64,000 nucleotides of DNA. It comes from a virus. Under the pieces are notes generated by a model, which ran no database searches, had not been told where the DNA came from, and was given only the letters and a program-made list of their open reading frames with translations. The position numbers and the translations under genes are program-made. The stretch lies in IMG/VR virus record IMGVR_UViG_3300025147_000004; one strand, given 5' to 3'. This document shows, piece by piece, positions 52,756 through 60,710 of this stretch. Each line of letters begins with the position of its first letter. Position 1 is the stretch's first letter.

Positions 52756-53019
52756 ATGAAAAACATAGTAATAGACACAAATAGCGCGATTTATTTAGTA
52801 AATTTTCAATTTAGTTATCCAAACGGAAAATTTATAGTTACCGGATCAGGAATTATGGATTGTTTAAAGGAACACGATAAACACGGGATTGACTCAATAA
52901 AACAGTTTGATCCTTCAGACGGCAAATTTAAAAGAGTATCGCGGGACGTTATACGCAAAAGTTTAGACTACGATACTGAAGTTGATTTGTATTTAAAAAA
53001 TCATTACTGGTTCAAGTAA
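52756..53019 (+). CDS. hypothetical early protein
   Basis: 87-aa ORF. Confidence 0.45.
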   Translation: MKNIVIDTNSAIYLVNFQFSYPNGKFIVTGSGIMDCLKEHDKHGIDSIKQFDPSDGKFKRVSRDVIRKSLDYDTEVDLYLKNHYWFK

Positions 53020-53020
53020 A

Positions 53021-53048
53021 CGAACAACGAACAACGAACAACGAACAA
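53021..53048 (+). repeat. perfect tandem heptamer array (CGAACAA)x4
   Basis: The array starts 2 nt after the stop at 53019. It is followed by CGCGAAA and two AAGTATAAACC copies (53054-53064 and 53074-53084). Confidence 0.9.
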
Positions 53049-53100
53049 CGCGAAAGTATAAACCCGCAAATAAAAGTATAAACCAATAAAAAGTAAAGAA

Positions 53101-53250
53101 ATGAACACTATAACTTATCATAGAAACCCAACAAAATCAGAAATCAAATTTGGCGAAGGTGCAATTCATTATTGTGATTTTGATTTAAACATTTGTGTTA
53201 AACCTGACGGCAATTATAAAAATGGATTATATCACCTTATGATGGTTTAA
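53101..53250 (+). CDS. unannotated 49-aa ORF
   Basis: Hand translation gives MNTITYHRNPTKSEIKFGEGAIHYCDFDLNICVKPDGNYKNGLYHLMMV. Confidence 0.3.
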   Translation: MNTITYHRNPTKSEIKFGEGAIHYCDFDLNICVKPDGNYKNGLYHLMMV

Positions 53251-53360
53251 GGTATTACTATTAAACGAACAAACCCCGTCTCTACAAAACAAGGTAGTGA
53301 ATCGAATAACTGACGGGACAAACGGCAAAATTGCCACAACAAATAATAAAAGCAAACGAT

Positions 53361-53804
53361 ATGAAAAATTTAATCGAATTTAACGGGATATTTTTTACAG
53401 AAGGAACAAGCGAACAAGTAAAACAAATTATCAGTAACCATGTAGGCAATAGAAACGAACGGTTAAGAGTATATTATGGAGATGCAACAACTGGTAAAAG
53501 TTGGCACGAAGAAAATGATATTTGTGGTTATATTGGTAGGAGTACAGGAACACGAAAAATACCTTTATTAATCGCAAATAACCGTTCTATAGGTGGTGAT
53601 TCTATTCTTTGTGATTGTATTGTTAAAATCGTTCGTATCAGTGATAAACGGGTTTTATACGTTCATCCTACCTTCAATAACGGTTTATTTGTCGTAGATG
53701 GCTATAGGGTGACTATAGATGGTTTAACTCATGCAAACTGTAAAAGCGAACAATCAGCGCAAAGGTTAGCCGATTTTATGAACGGGAAAAGGAATAGTAA
53801 GTAA
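53361..53804 (+). CDS. hypothetical early protein
   Basis: The start was moved to MKNLIEF, the first ATG. Confidence 0.45.
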   Translation: MKNLIEFNGIFFTEGTSEQVKQIISNHVGNRNERLRVYYGDATTGKSWHEENDICGYIGRSTGTRKIPLLIANNRSIGGDSILCDCIVKIVRISDKRVLYVHPTFNNGLFVVDGYRVTIDGLTHANCKSEQSAQRLADFMNGKRNSK

Positions 53805-53814
53805 TAGCGAACAA

Positions 53815-54009
53815 ATGACACATACAAGCGAACAAGCAAAGCGAACGAACACAAATATAAATACTGGAGTAGATCATTCCAGAGTACAACAAAACAAGCC
53901 GTGTTTCTTCGTAAACTGGACTGACAAAAATGGCGAAAATCAATACAAGTTTTTTGAATTTGTGTTTATAATGGAGAGTTTTAGAATTAGATTAATAAAC
54001 GAACAATAA
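53815..54009 (+). CDS. hypothetical early protein
   Basis: 64-aa ORF. Confidence 0.4.
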   Translation: MTHTSEQAKRTNTNINTGVDHSRVQQNKPCFFVNWTDKNGENQYKFFEFVFIMESFRIRLINEQ

Positions 54010-54017
54010 GCGAATAA

Positions 54018-54191
54018 ATGAAATGCAATAACACAAAACTAGAGAAAATACAAAATAGAACAAGCGAATTACACTCTATTTTAATTGACATTAAAAGTAA
54101 TTGGAATCTTATTCCAATAACTGAGCAAACAAAGCTAAGGCGATCTATATTGTCGGACATTAATTCATTACTAAATAAAATTAACAAATAA
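54018..54191 (+). CDS. unannotated 57-aa ORF
   Basis: Hand translation begins MKCNNTKLEKIQNRTSELHSILIDIKSNWNLIPITEQTKLRRSILSDINSLLNKINK. It is preferred over the antisense ORF 53987..54187. Confidence 0.4.
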   Translation: MKCNNTKLEKIQNRTSELHSILIDIKSNWNLIPITEQTKLRRSILSDINSLLNKINK

Positions 54192-54195
54192 AAAC

Positions 54196-54456
54196 ATGAA
54201 AAACATTAGAGTATCTGAATATATTCATAAGTTTAGAATTGACAGATTAAGTGATTGTACATCAATGAATGATGGGTTTAACATGATTGTATTTGCAGAT
54301 AATAACGAATTTAATAAAATAAATTGGTGTATTCGAGATGGGATAATTATAGAGACTTATCTATTTACTTTTAAAACAATACCGGAAGGGGAGTATAAAT
54401 TAATGTATCTTAATGAGGTATATCTTGATCTTGATACAATGATGCATAATATTTAA
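54196..54456 (+). CDS. hypothetical early protein
   Basis: 86-aa ORF. Confidence 0.45.
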   Translation: MKNIRVSEYIHKFRIDRLSDCTSMNDGFNMIVFADNNEFNKINWCIRDGIIIETYLFTFKTIPEGEYKLMYLNEVYLDLDTMMHNI

Positions 54457-54460
54457 TCAA

Positions 54461-54703
54461 ATGAAAAAGAAACAAACCCCCTCAACCATCATCGAACAAA
54501 TACGCGTTAATAGTAACGTAGCGTATGAAGCCAATTCTATTAGCGAACGACTTGAACAATTCTGGTATAATATGCCTGAGTATGTCGAACAGGAAACGAA
54601 CGACCGGATACAATTACTCAGAAAAGAACTGGATGAGATTGTAAGAATCGAATATAAGGCGAACGAAGAGTTAATGAACGAATTTAAACAATTAAGCAAA
54701 TAA
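54461..54703 (+). CDS. hypothetical early protein
   Basis: 80-aa ORF. Confidence 0.45.
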   Translation: MKKKQTPSTIIEQIRVNSNVAYEANSISERLEQFWYNMPEYVEQETNDRIQLLRKELDEIVRIEYKANEELMNEFKQLSK

Positions 54704-54729
54704 AATACACAAATGAACAAAACGAACAA

Positions 54730-54915
54730 ATGACAATGAAGGAAATTTTATCTTCGCTATGTGTTTATGATAATAGAAATCCTGATTGTATTTATGACCC
54801 TGAAGATATTCAAGACCACGAAAATGATATTAAAAAAGGCAAAACATGTTATTGTGATAATTGTTTTCATGGACGAACCGAAACAGCTATAAGTATGATT
54901 AATATGCCCATGTAA
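54730..54915 (+). CDS. Cys-rich mini-protein, probably the 5' part of a SEC-C-motif gene
   Basis: 61 aa with CYCDNC. A SEC-C motif follows in the +1 frame. Confidence 0.4.
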   Translation: MTMKEILSSLCVYDNRNPDCIYDPEDIQDHENDIKKGKTCYCDNCFHGRTETAISMINMPM

Positions 54916-54964
54916 AAGCGGAATGAAGTATAAAAATTGTTGTGGCAAAAGTGTAGCCAAATGA
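54899..54964 (+). other. out-of-frame SEC-C metal-binding motif (CPCKSGMKYKNCCG)
   Basis: The +1 frame relative to 54730..54915 reads LICPCKSGMKYKNCCGKSVAK*. It has no start codon of its own, and its TGA overlaps the next gene's ATG at 54961. Confidence 0.5.
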
Positions 54965-55188
54965 AACAACTCCTACTCTCAGCCCTAACCATACGCGAAC
55001 GCCTGATCCGAACGAATAAAAGCCATATTCGTGGTTGTAAGGTTGAACAATTTATGGCAAACCTTCGCTACTGGCTCGAACAAGGAACAGATCCGCTATA
55101 TATAGTCGAACGATGGGATAAACAGATACGAACGATTTTAACAAGTAATTTTATAAACAAGTACGAACAATTAAAACAAAGGAAATGA
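54961..55188 (+). CDS. hypothetical early protein
   Basis: The start is at MKQLLLS. Confidence 0.45.
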   Translation: MKQLLLSALTIRERLIRTNKSHIRGCKVEQFMANLRYWLEQGTDPLYIVERWDKQIRTILTSNFINKYEQLKQRK

Positions 55189-55421
55189 AAACGAAATTAG
55201 TCCTACATGAATGTAAAAACTACGAAATAACAGAGGAAAACCCGCGCGATTTTAAAATAGGTGACATGTTCTATTTTAGTTGGCATGGAATGAACGACAT
55301 TCAAGAAATAGCCGACGAACGAATTTTGGCAGAGGTAAATGGCGAAGTAAAGGAGAATCCAGATAGTATTGATTTGGTATTTAATTTTTGGAGGAGTGTT
55401 CGTAAAGTAATAAAACATTAA
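55185..55421 (+). CDS. hypothetical early protein
   Basis: 78 aa with an ATGA overlap to the upstream gene. Confidence 0.45.
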   Translation: MKTKLVLHECKNYEITEENPRDFKIGDMFYFSWHGMNDIQEIADERILAEVNGEVKENPDSIDLVFNFWRSVRKVIKH

Positions 55422-55530
55422 TCATGCCCACCCATTACAAAACGAAACGTGCAGGACTTGTAAAAATGAGGAATGCGCTCGAACAACTAAAACAGAAGAA
55501 AGTAAATAAACCATTAATAATAAAAGAGAA

Positions 55531-55707
55531 ATGAAACTATCAGCTTACACAATCGCAAAAAATTGTACTGACATAACAGATTTGAGAGATGGAATAAAAG
55601 AGATTGAAGATTATTTTTCAAAAACAACAATGCCAAAGCGAACTAAATCATCATACATTCGTTATTTTAAACTTCACGAAAAACTTAAAAAATATGAAAT
55701 CAATTAG
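55531..55707 (+). CDS. unannotated 58-aa ORF
   Basis: Hand translation begins MKLSAYTIAKNCTDITDLRDGIKEIEDYFSKTTMPKRTKSSYIRYFKLHEKLKKYEIN. Confidence 0.35.
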   Translation: MKLSAYTIAKNCTDITDLRDGIKEIEDYFSKTTMPKRTKSSYIRYFKLHEKLKKYEIN

Positions 55708-56017
55708 TATTGGCAAATACAGCATAACATTGCTTAATAATCAAGATGTCTGTGATCCATTAAGTAAAAATAGGATTTCAAATTGTGGATTATTGCAAAT
55801 AAAGGATATTACAGAAGATTCGTGTGCAAAAATGGTAGCTAAAATTGATCAAGGAGAGAGGTATTCTCCAGATAGCCGATACATTTTTTTAACAGAATAT
55901 GATAAAAAAGATCAATTGCAATGCGGCACAGCGAGGGCAGCAGTTATGCGAGTGATAATAGATAAGCTAAAACCTTTAAACTTAAGTGAATATATAAAAA
56001 TAAACCTGAGCAAATGA
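55694..56017 (+). CDS. hypothetical early protein
   Basis: The start was moved to MKSISIG. Confidence 0.4.
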   Translation: MKSISIGKYSITLLNNQDVCDPLSKNRISNCGLLQIKDITEDSCAKMVAKIDQGERYSPDSRYIFLTEYDKKDQLQCGTARAAVMRVIIDKLKPLNLSEYIKINLSK

Positions 56018-56238
56018 CAACTCTAAAAAATCAATCCCTCCGATTAAACCGGAGTATAAACCGAACAATTCGGAGTATAAAGCGAACGATCAGCCCCGAA
56101 CACATTGTAATTATTTTGGCGGTATTTAGCCTTTTATCGCTGATATTCCTAATGTGGATCGAATCATTTTGGGCAGTACTGCCTATCATTGGAATGGCTT
56201 TAATAATATTAATAATTACTAATAACGAACGACAATGA
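56014..56238 (+). CDS. small membrane protein with RSI(N/K)RTI repeat
   Basis: 74 aa with the TM segments IVIILAVFSLLSLIFLMWI and LPIIGMALIILIIT. Confidence 0.45.
   Translation: MTTLKNQSLRLNRSINRTIRSIKRTISPEHIVIILAVFSLLSLIFLMWIESFWAVLPIIGMALIILIITNNERQ
56050..56091 (+). repeat. adjacent 21-nt tandem duplication
   Basis: CGGAGTATAAACCGAACAATT is followed by CGGAGTATAAAGCGAACGATC (18/21 identical). Each copy carries AGTATAAA plus CGAAC. Confidence 0.85.
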
Positions 56239-56528
56239 AAACATTAATTATCACAGGAATTGTATTTACAAGTTTGTTTTATACGCTTGCATTGCTTTGG
56301 TTTTGGCGGAATTGGAACGAACCGCATCCCGTTGATTGGAATGAGGAGTTTATTGCCTTCCTGAGCGAAAAGGGAGTTTACTGGCTTTATCAACCAAAAC
56401 CGAACGACTGTAACCCGAACGAATATGTTTTGCAGATGTCAGCATATAATGGACGCAACTGTTATTGGAGGAAATTGAATGATGAATGGTTGGAGAGGAT
56501 TGAGAAAATTAATATTAATAATAAATAA
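56235..56528 (+). CDS. small membrane-anchored protein
   Basis: 97 aa with an N-terminal TM segment (LIITGIVFTSLFYTLALLWFW). Confidence 0.45.
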   Translation: MKTLIITGIVFTSLFYTLALLWFWRNWNEPHPVDWNEEFIAFLSEKGVYWLYQPKPNDCNPNEYVLQMSAYNGRNCYWRKLNDEWLERIEKININNK

Positions 56529-56529
56529 G

Positions 56530-56985
56530 ATGGGATCATTAACAATTTTTACAGAAAATCAAACAAGCAGTGGCCGGAATAGGCTGGAGGCTTTTTATTT
56601 GGGGAAACGACTCTACACAGGAAGAATATTGGCAACAAATTTACTCACAGGAAAAACCACACATAAACGAAGAGGAGGACTAATTATGAGACTATACACA
56701 CCACCATCCGCACCAGATTTGATGCGAATAAATATCAAAAGATCAGGCGAATCAACAGCACACATTCCGGTCATAGAAGCTACGCAATGGCAGTTAATGT
56801 CTTGGATACAAAAGATTATTGCGTCTCAAAATTTAAGCATATTTGCCAACGGACACCGACTAACTATTGAGGTCAGGGAATCTATTGGGGGTATTAATGG
56901 CAAGGTTATGAGCGTTTCTCTCTTTGGGATGTCAGTAAGACAGGCAGAGAAGCTAATATTGGAAGAATTAACGAAAATTAACTAA
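56530..56985 (+). CDS. hypothetical early protein
   Basis: The start was moved to MGSLTIF. Confidence 0.4.
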   Translation: MGSLTIFTENQTSSGRNRLEAFYLGKRLYTGRILATNLLTGKTTHKRRGGLIMRLYTPPSAPDLMRINIKRSGESTAHIPVIEATQWQLMSWIQKIIASQNLSIFANGHRLTIEVRESIGGINGKVMSVSLFGMSVRQAEKLILEELTKIN

Positions 56986-57047
56986 AATAGATTAGGAATT
57001 AACGAATAAAAGTAATACATTTGTATAATTAATTAAACAAAAAGGAT

Positions 57048-57248
57048 ATGAAAACAGCAACAGATTACACGATTGGAGATAAAGTGGTCATTAAAGCCAA
57101 TGGTAATACATCAAAAGTTACTCATGGATTTACTAAAGGAGAGGTGGTAATAATAACAAAATTGTTTCCAGATCATTATAGAGCCGATTCGGCTACGGAT
57201 TACTGGTGGGTAGACGATCAAGATATATTTGGGAGGGCTACGCTATGA
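57048..57248 (+). CDS. hypothetical early protein
   Basis: 66-aa ORF. Confidence 0.45.
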   Translation: MKTATDYTIGDKVVIKANGNTSKVTHGFTKGEVVIITKLFPDHYRADSATDYWWVDDQDIFGRATL

Positions 57249-57571
57249 CAACAACCCTAATACTCCCGAACGAATCCTTCCTAAGCGAAGGCATTCTTCT
57301 AATTTGCAAACAAGCAACGAATGGCTGCCAAGGATGCAGTAGAGCAAACAGAAACGACTGCGACAGGTTTCTGTGTAGTCAAGTTCACAGGTCGGATTTC
57401 AGATCGGTTATATTCGTAGAAACCCGATCAGAAATAATAGCCGGAAAGTTGGTGGAGATGGTAGCGAACGAGGGATGTGCGAAGTGTGCCTTTGCATCGA
57501 ACGACGAAGAATCAGAGCCATGTAGGGGATGTATGGGAAAAACTATGTATAAAGAAATAAGGAGAAATTGA
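57245..57571 (+). CDS. Cys-rich protein
   Basis: The start is at MTTTLIL with an ATGA overlap. Multiple Cys clusters are present (CQGCS, CDRFLC, CAKCA, CRGC). Confidence 0.45.
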   Translation: MTTTLILPNESFLSEGILLICKQATNGCQGCSRANRNDCDRFLCSQVHRSDFRSVIFVETRSEIIAGKLVEMVANEGCAKCAFASNDEESEPCRGCMGKTMYKEIRRN

Positions 57572-57572
57572 A

Positions 57573-57854
57573 ATGAACGACGAGAAAATAAAGGAAGCAG
57601 CAAGAGAATACCGAGATAATAAAATACATTCGCTATTGGATGACCATTTCGATGCATTCATTGCCGGAGCTATCAGTAATAGCGCAAAAGAATACTGGCA
57701 GAGGGGGATGTATTCGGAAGAGGAATTTAAATTACTGTCACGAGAATCGTATTACAGAGGCGGAAATGATCAATTGGATAGGGATAGAAATGGTGTAGAT
57801 AAACTACCAGACATGATGTTCGAGTCTTGGTATAATCAAAACAAAAAGAAATAA
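57573..57854 (+). CDS. hypothetical early protein
   Basis: 93-aa ORF. Confidence 0.45.
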   Translation: MNDEKIKEAAREYRDNKIHSLLDDHFDAFIAGAISNSAKEYWQRGMYSEEEFKLLSRESYYRGGNDQLDRDRNGVDKLPDMMFESWYNQNKKK

Positions 57855-58189
57855 TGAACAACGAACAAGAACAGGTACAGGGTGAACAACCCATGCCCGA
57901 ACGAGATGGTATAGAAATAATAGACATTGGCGAACCCGAATTGACAGAGGTAGATCCGGCAGTTATTGGGCAGTTTAAGCGAAAATATTACCTCACCGCC
58001 GAGCAGCAAAGAATTATTGACATCCTCGGCGAATATCAGAAGGCTTACATTAGTGTATCTAGTAGACAAGGGAATTTTCTGGTATTGAATGGAAACGTTA
58101 CCGATCATGTTCGGTCGAATACGATAACAGCTTTAGTAAAGAAAGGATATTTACAGGCGAACGGAAAGAACAGACTCAAATTAATTTAA
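57854..58189 (+). CDS. possible winged-helix DNA-binding protein
   Basis: 111 aa. The C-terminal segment NTITALVKKGYLQANGKNRLKL looks like a wHTH recognition helix and wing. This is a weak call. Confidence 0.3.
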   Translation: MNNEQEQVQGEQPMPERDGIEIIDIGEPELTEVDPAVIGQFKRKYYLTAEQQRIIDILGEYQKAYISVSSRQGNFLVLNGNVTDHVRSNTITALVKKGYLQANGKNRLKLI

Positions 58190-58201
58190 TAAATAAAGAA
58201 A

Positions 58202-58732
58202 ATGGCAGAAGAATTTCCACATTGGAGAAGGGGCGGATCACTCCTACATATTGGAGTTGAGGTGTTACCGGAAGGTAGGGATATAACAGTCGTGATAGAT
58301 CATATTGTCCTGAATGAAAAAGAGAATGTAGGAGGAGTTGAATTAGAAAAGTTTGTGGCGTACTTTAAGCCAAACCCGTACTTTAAACTTCCGAAACTAT
58401 TGGTTGTAAAGGATAAACAGCGACTGATTAAAATGATCGGCGGCGACGAACGAGGATTATGTAAGATTAAAGATTTGGCAGTAATTCTAACGAGCGAAAT
58501 AGATAAGCGAGGGCCAGAAGGGAAAGGGCCATGTTTGCGGATTAGTTCAATCGTGCCAAAACAGATCGAACCAGAAAAGCCAATAGTAAAGCAACCCCTA
58601 ACGCTCACGTCGGAAAAGTATGAAGGTTTAAAGAAGTGGCTCTCGGAGACAGGAACGCTTACGGGGCTTCTGAAAGCATATGAACCGGATGAGGCATGTT
58701 TAGTTGAACTTAGAAAGATAAAGGGGGTATAA
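58202..58732 (+). CDS. hypothetical protein
   Basis: 176-aa ORF. Confidence 0.5.
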   Translation: MAEEFPHWRRGGSLLHIGVEVLPEGRDITVVIDHIVLNEKENVGGVELEKFVAYFKPNPYFKLPKLLVVKDKQRLIKMIGGDERGLCKIKDLAVILTSEIDKRGPEGKGPCLRISSIVPKQIEPEKPIVKQPLTLTSEKYEGLKKWLSETGTLTGLLKAYEPDEACLVELRKIKGV

Positions 58733-58733
58733 G

Positions 58734-59003
58734 ATGACACAAGAAGAATTTTTACAAATGGAATCGAGTCAAAGACAGCATTTTCAGGTTATGGAACATC
58801 AATCCAAAATGAATTTTTTGGTTGAGTCCGAAGAAATAAATCTGTTTTCAATCCTAAAGCCTAAAATTAGCATTGACGGAAATCAATATTGTGTGCTTTA
58901 TGGCGAAGATTTACAATCGGGAGTTGCAGGATTCGGAGACACTCTAATGTTGGCTATTTACGACTTCAATAAAAACTTCCATAAACCAGTAAGAAATGTC
59001 TAA
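58734..59003 (+). CDS. hypothetical protein
   Basis: 89-aa ORF. Confidence 0.45.
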   Translation: MTQEEFLQMESSQRQHFQVMEHQSKMNFLVESEEINLFSILKPKISIDGNQYCVLYGEDLQSGVAGFGDTLMLAIYDFNKNFHKPVRNV

Positions 59004-59220
59004 AAAATTCACCGACGACCCATCCATAACCGACCGCCTCGAAGAACTTCTGCACCTTCACAGACATTACGTTATGGAGAATATGGAAGAAGCAGATCCG
59101 GCAGTAGATGGACAAAAGACCAGATTCTATAAGTTTAAATGCTTTATAATTTGGGGGCATTTGCCGAACAAGAATGGGGTATGTAAAAGATGTGGGAAAC
59201 AAATACGGATAAGCAAATGA
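58996..59220 (+). CDS. hypothetical protein
   Basis: 74-aa ORF. Confidence 0.45.
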   Translation: MSKKFTDDPSITDRLEELLHLHRHYVMENMEEADPAVDGQKTRFYKFKCFIIWGHLPNKNGVCKRCGKQIRISK

Positions 59221-59387
59221 CAAAGAAACAAGACAGAGAAGCCCAGAGGTTAATAAATGAAAGGATGGTTGTTGAATATATTCTTGAAACTAAAAGAAGG
59301 TTTGGTAATAATGTATTCTTTGATCCGAATTTCCCCACAGGAGACATTGATATTCCAATAGAATTTGAAGTACCCAAAACAAAATAA
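59217..59387 (+). CDS. hypothetical protein
   Basis: The start was moved to MTKKQD, giving an ATGA overlap. Confidence 0.4.
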   Translation: MTKKQDREAQRLINERMVVEYILETKRRFGNNVFFDPNFPTGDIDIPIEFEVPKTK

Positions 59388-59393
59388 ACCGAT

Positions 59394-60176
59394 ATGACAA
59401 AAGAAGAATTATGGCTAAAAAAGAGGTGTGGCCGACCTACGTCATCAGAAAATAAGACACTATTTGTGGGTGGGTCGCGTCCGGCTACGGATGATGAGTT
59501 GCGAATTTATAAACTAATCAATCCTAAGTCCACACGTAAAACAACTGATATAGAATTTGGTAGTACGGCATTAGATTATTTTTATGAGTTGTCTTGGGAG
59601 CGCGAATCTGGTATCCCCACATACACACCAAGTAACAGGAATTTTGAATGGGGAAAGCAGCAGGAGCCTTATGCGGTCAAGTGGCTGATTGTCAATCATC
59701 CAGAGTTCGTTGTTAGGCACTGTAGTTCTGACGACTTCGACGACATAGTATTCAATGTTGCTGAATGTGGGTTGGGCGACAGCCCCGACATTTACTACCG
59801 GAGAGTCGATGAAGTTACAGAAAACGTAGGAGAGATAAAATGTGTAATGGGTGGCGCGAAACTAAAGCGTATAAAAGAAATGTCGAAAGAGGAGGCTCGC
59901 GTAGAACATGAATATCAGTTTGCAGGACATTTCATTGGAAAGCCGGACGCTGTTAAATTATTGTACGTGGCGTACCTCGGACAAAACGATGACGACCCCA
60001 ACGACACCCTTGATCCATTAGACCCATCCAGAGGAATCATATTCGAATACGACCGCTCCGAGTTTCAGGATCTGATTGAGCAAATAGAAGCGAAAGTCAG
60101 TCATGTGATGGCGTTTTTGGCAGATGTAGATGCAGGTAAGTGCCGCGTACGTGACATAAACACATGGAAGCCATGA
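59394..60176 (+). CDS. YqaJ/lambda-exonuclease-like recombination exonuclease
   Basis: The motifs are WLKKRCGRPTSSE, WGKQQEPYAVKW and GDSPDIYY...VGEIKC (the PD...ExK core). Confidence 0.6.
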   Translation: MTKEELWLKKRCGRPTSSENKTLFVGGSRPATDDELRIYKLINPKSTRKTTDIEFGSTALDYFYELSWERESGIPTYTPSNRNFEWGKQQEPYAVKWLIVNHPEFVVRHCSSDDFDDIVFNVAECGLGDSPDIYYRRVDEVTENVGEIKCVMGGAKLKRIKEMSKEEARVEHEYQFAGHFIGKPDAVKLLYVAYLGQNDDDPNDTLDPLDPSRGIIFEYDRSEFQDLIEQIEAKVSHVMAFLADVDAGKCRVRDINTWKP

Positions 60177-60361
60177 AAGAGCGCGAACCAGGCTTCTATT
60201 GGGTTCTTCCGCCATTGACTAATTTTTGGGAAGTGTGCCAATACGACGCTAATTGGAATGAGTGGAGAAGAAATGGCGACTGGGGGTGGATTGACGGCGA
60301 CTTCGATGAGATTTATGATTCGGTAAAAATTAAGAGAAATGCGCGCCAAGAGGACAACTAA
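60173..60361 (+). CDS. hypothetical protein
   Basis: The start is at MKEREPG with an ATGA overlap. Confidence 0.4.
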   Translation: MKEREPGFYWVLPPLTNFWEVCQYDANWNEWRRNGDWGWIDGDFDEIYDSVKIKRNARQEDN

Positions 60362-60710
60362 AAAATACCCAAGTGGGTGGAAGCTGACAAGATCCGATCT
60401 CCTCGGCATCCATCCATCTCACCAGAGGATAGCAGACTCGATGGTGATGTACATGAACGGAACGAACCGACACGACATCCGCGCATTGGAACGGGCAGTT
60501 ATGAACGAATATGAGGAATGCAAAGTAATGAGTAGATTTGATTGTAAGGCGGTTCGCTTTAAGTGGGTGTGTATCAGCAAACAGCACGTCTCACCCTACA
60601 AAGAACGATGGGCATTTGCGGTCTATTCCGGCAATCGGTTGCTGTCTGCTGTGTTTGAGAGTGAAAATTTGAAAGGGTTTGGAGTTGAGAGAGGAGATTA
60701 TCAGCCATGA
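60339..60710 (+). CDS. hypothetical protein
   Basis: 123-aa ORF. Confidence 0.45.
   Translation: MRAKRTTKKYPSGWKLTRSDLLGIHPSHQRIADSMVMYMNGTNRHDIRALERAVMNEYEECKVMSRFDCKAVRFKWVCISKQHVSPYKERWAFAVYSGNRLLSAVFESENLKGFGVERGDYQP

Larger units (their letters stand above)
53021..58571 (+). other. zone of strand-specific CGAACRA over-representation
   Basis: I counted 45 CGAAC on the plus strand by hand, against about 4 GTTCG. Copies fall in all three codon phases and in intergenic spacers. Confidence 0.6.

Noticed and set aside
53021-53048. The heptamer array might be a CRISPR or mini-CRISPR repeat.
   Set aside because: The units are 7 nt and directly abutting, with no spacers. There are no cas genes and no leader.
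53987-54187. Minus-strand 66-aa ORF.
   Set aside because: It is antisense within the rightward operon. The plus-strand 57-aa ORF 54018..54191 fits the gene spacing exactly.
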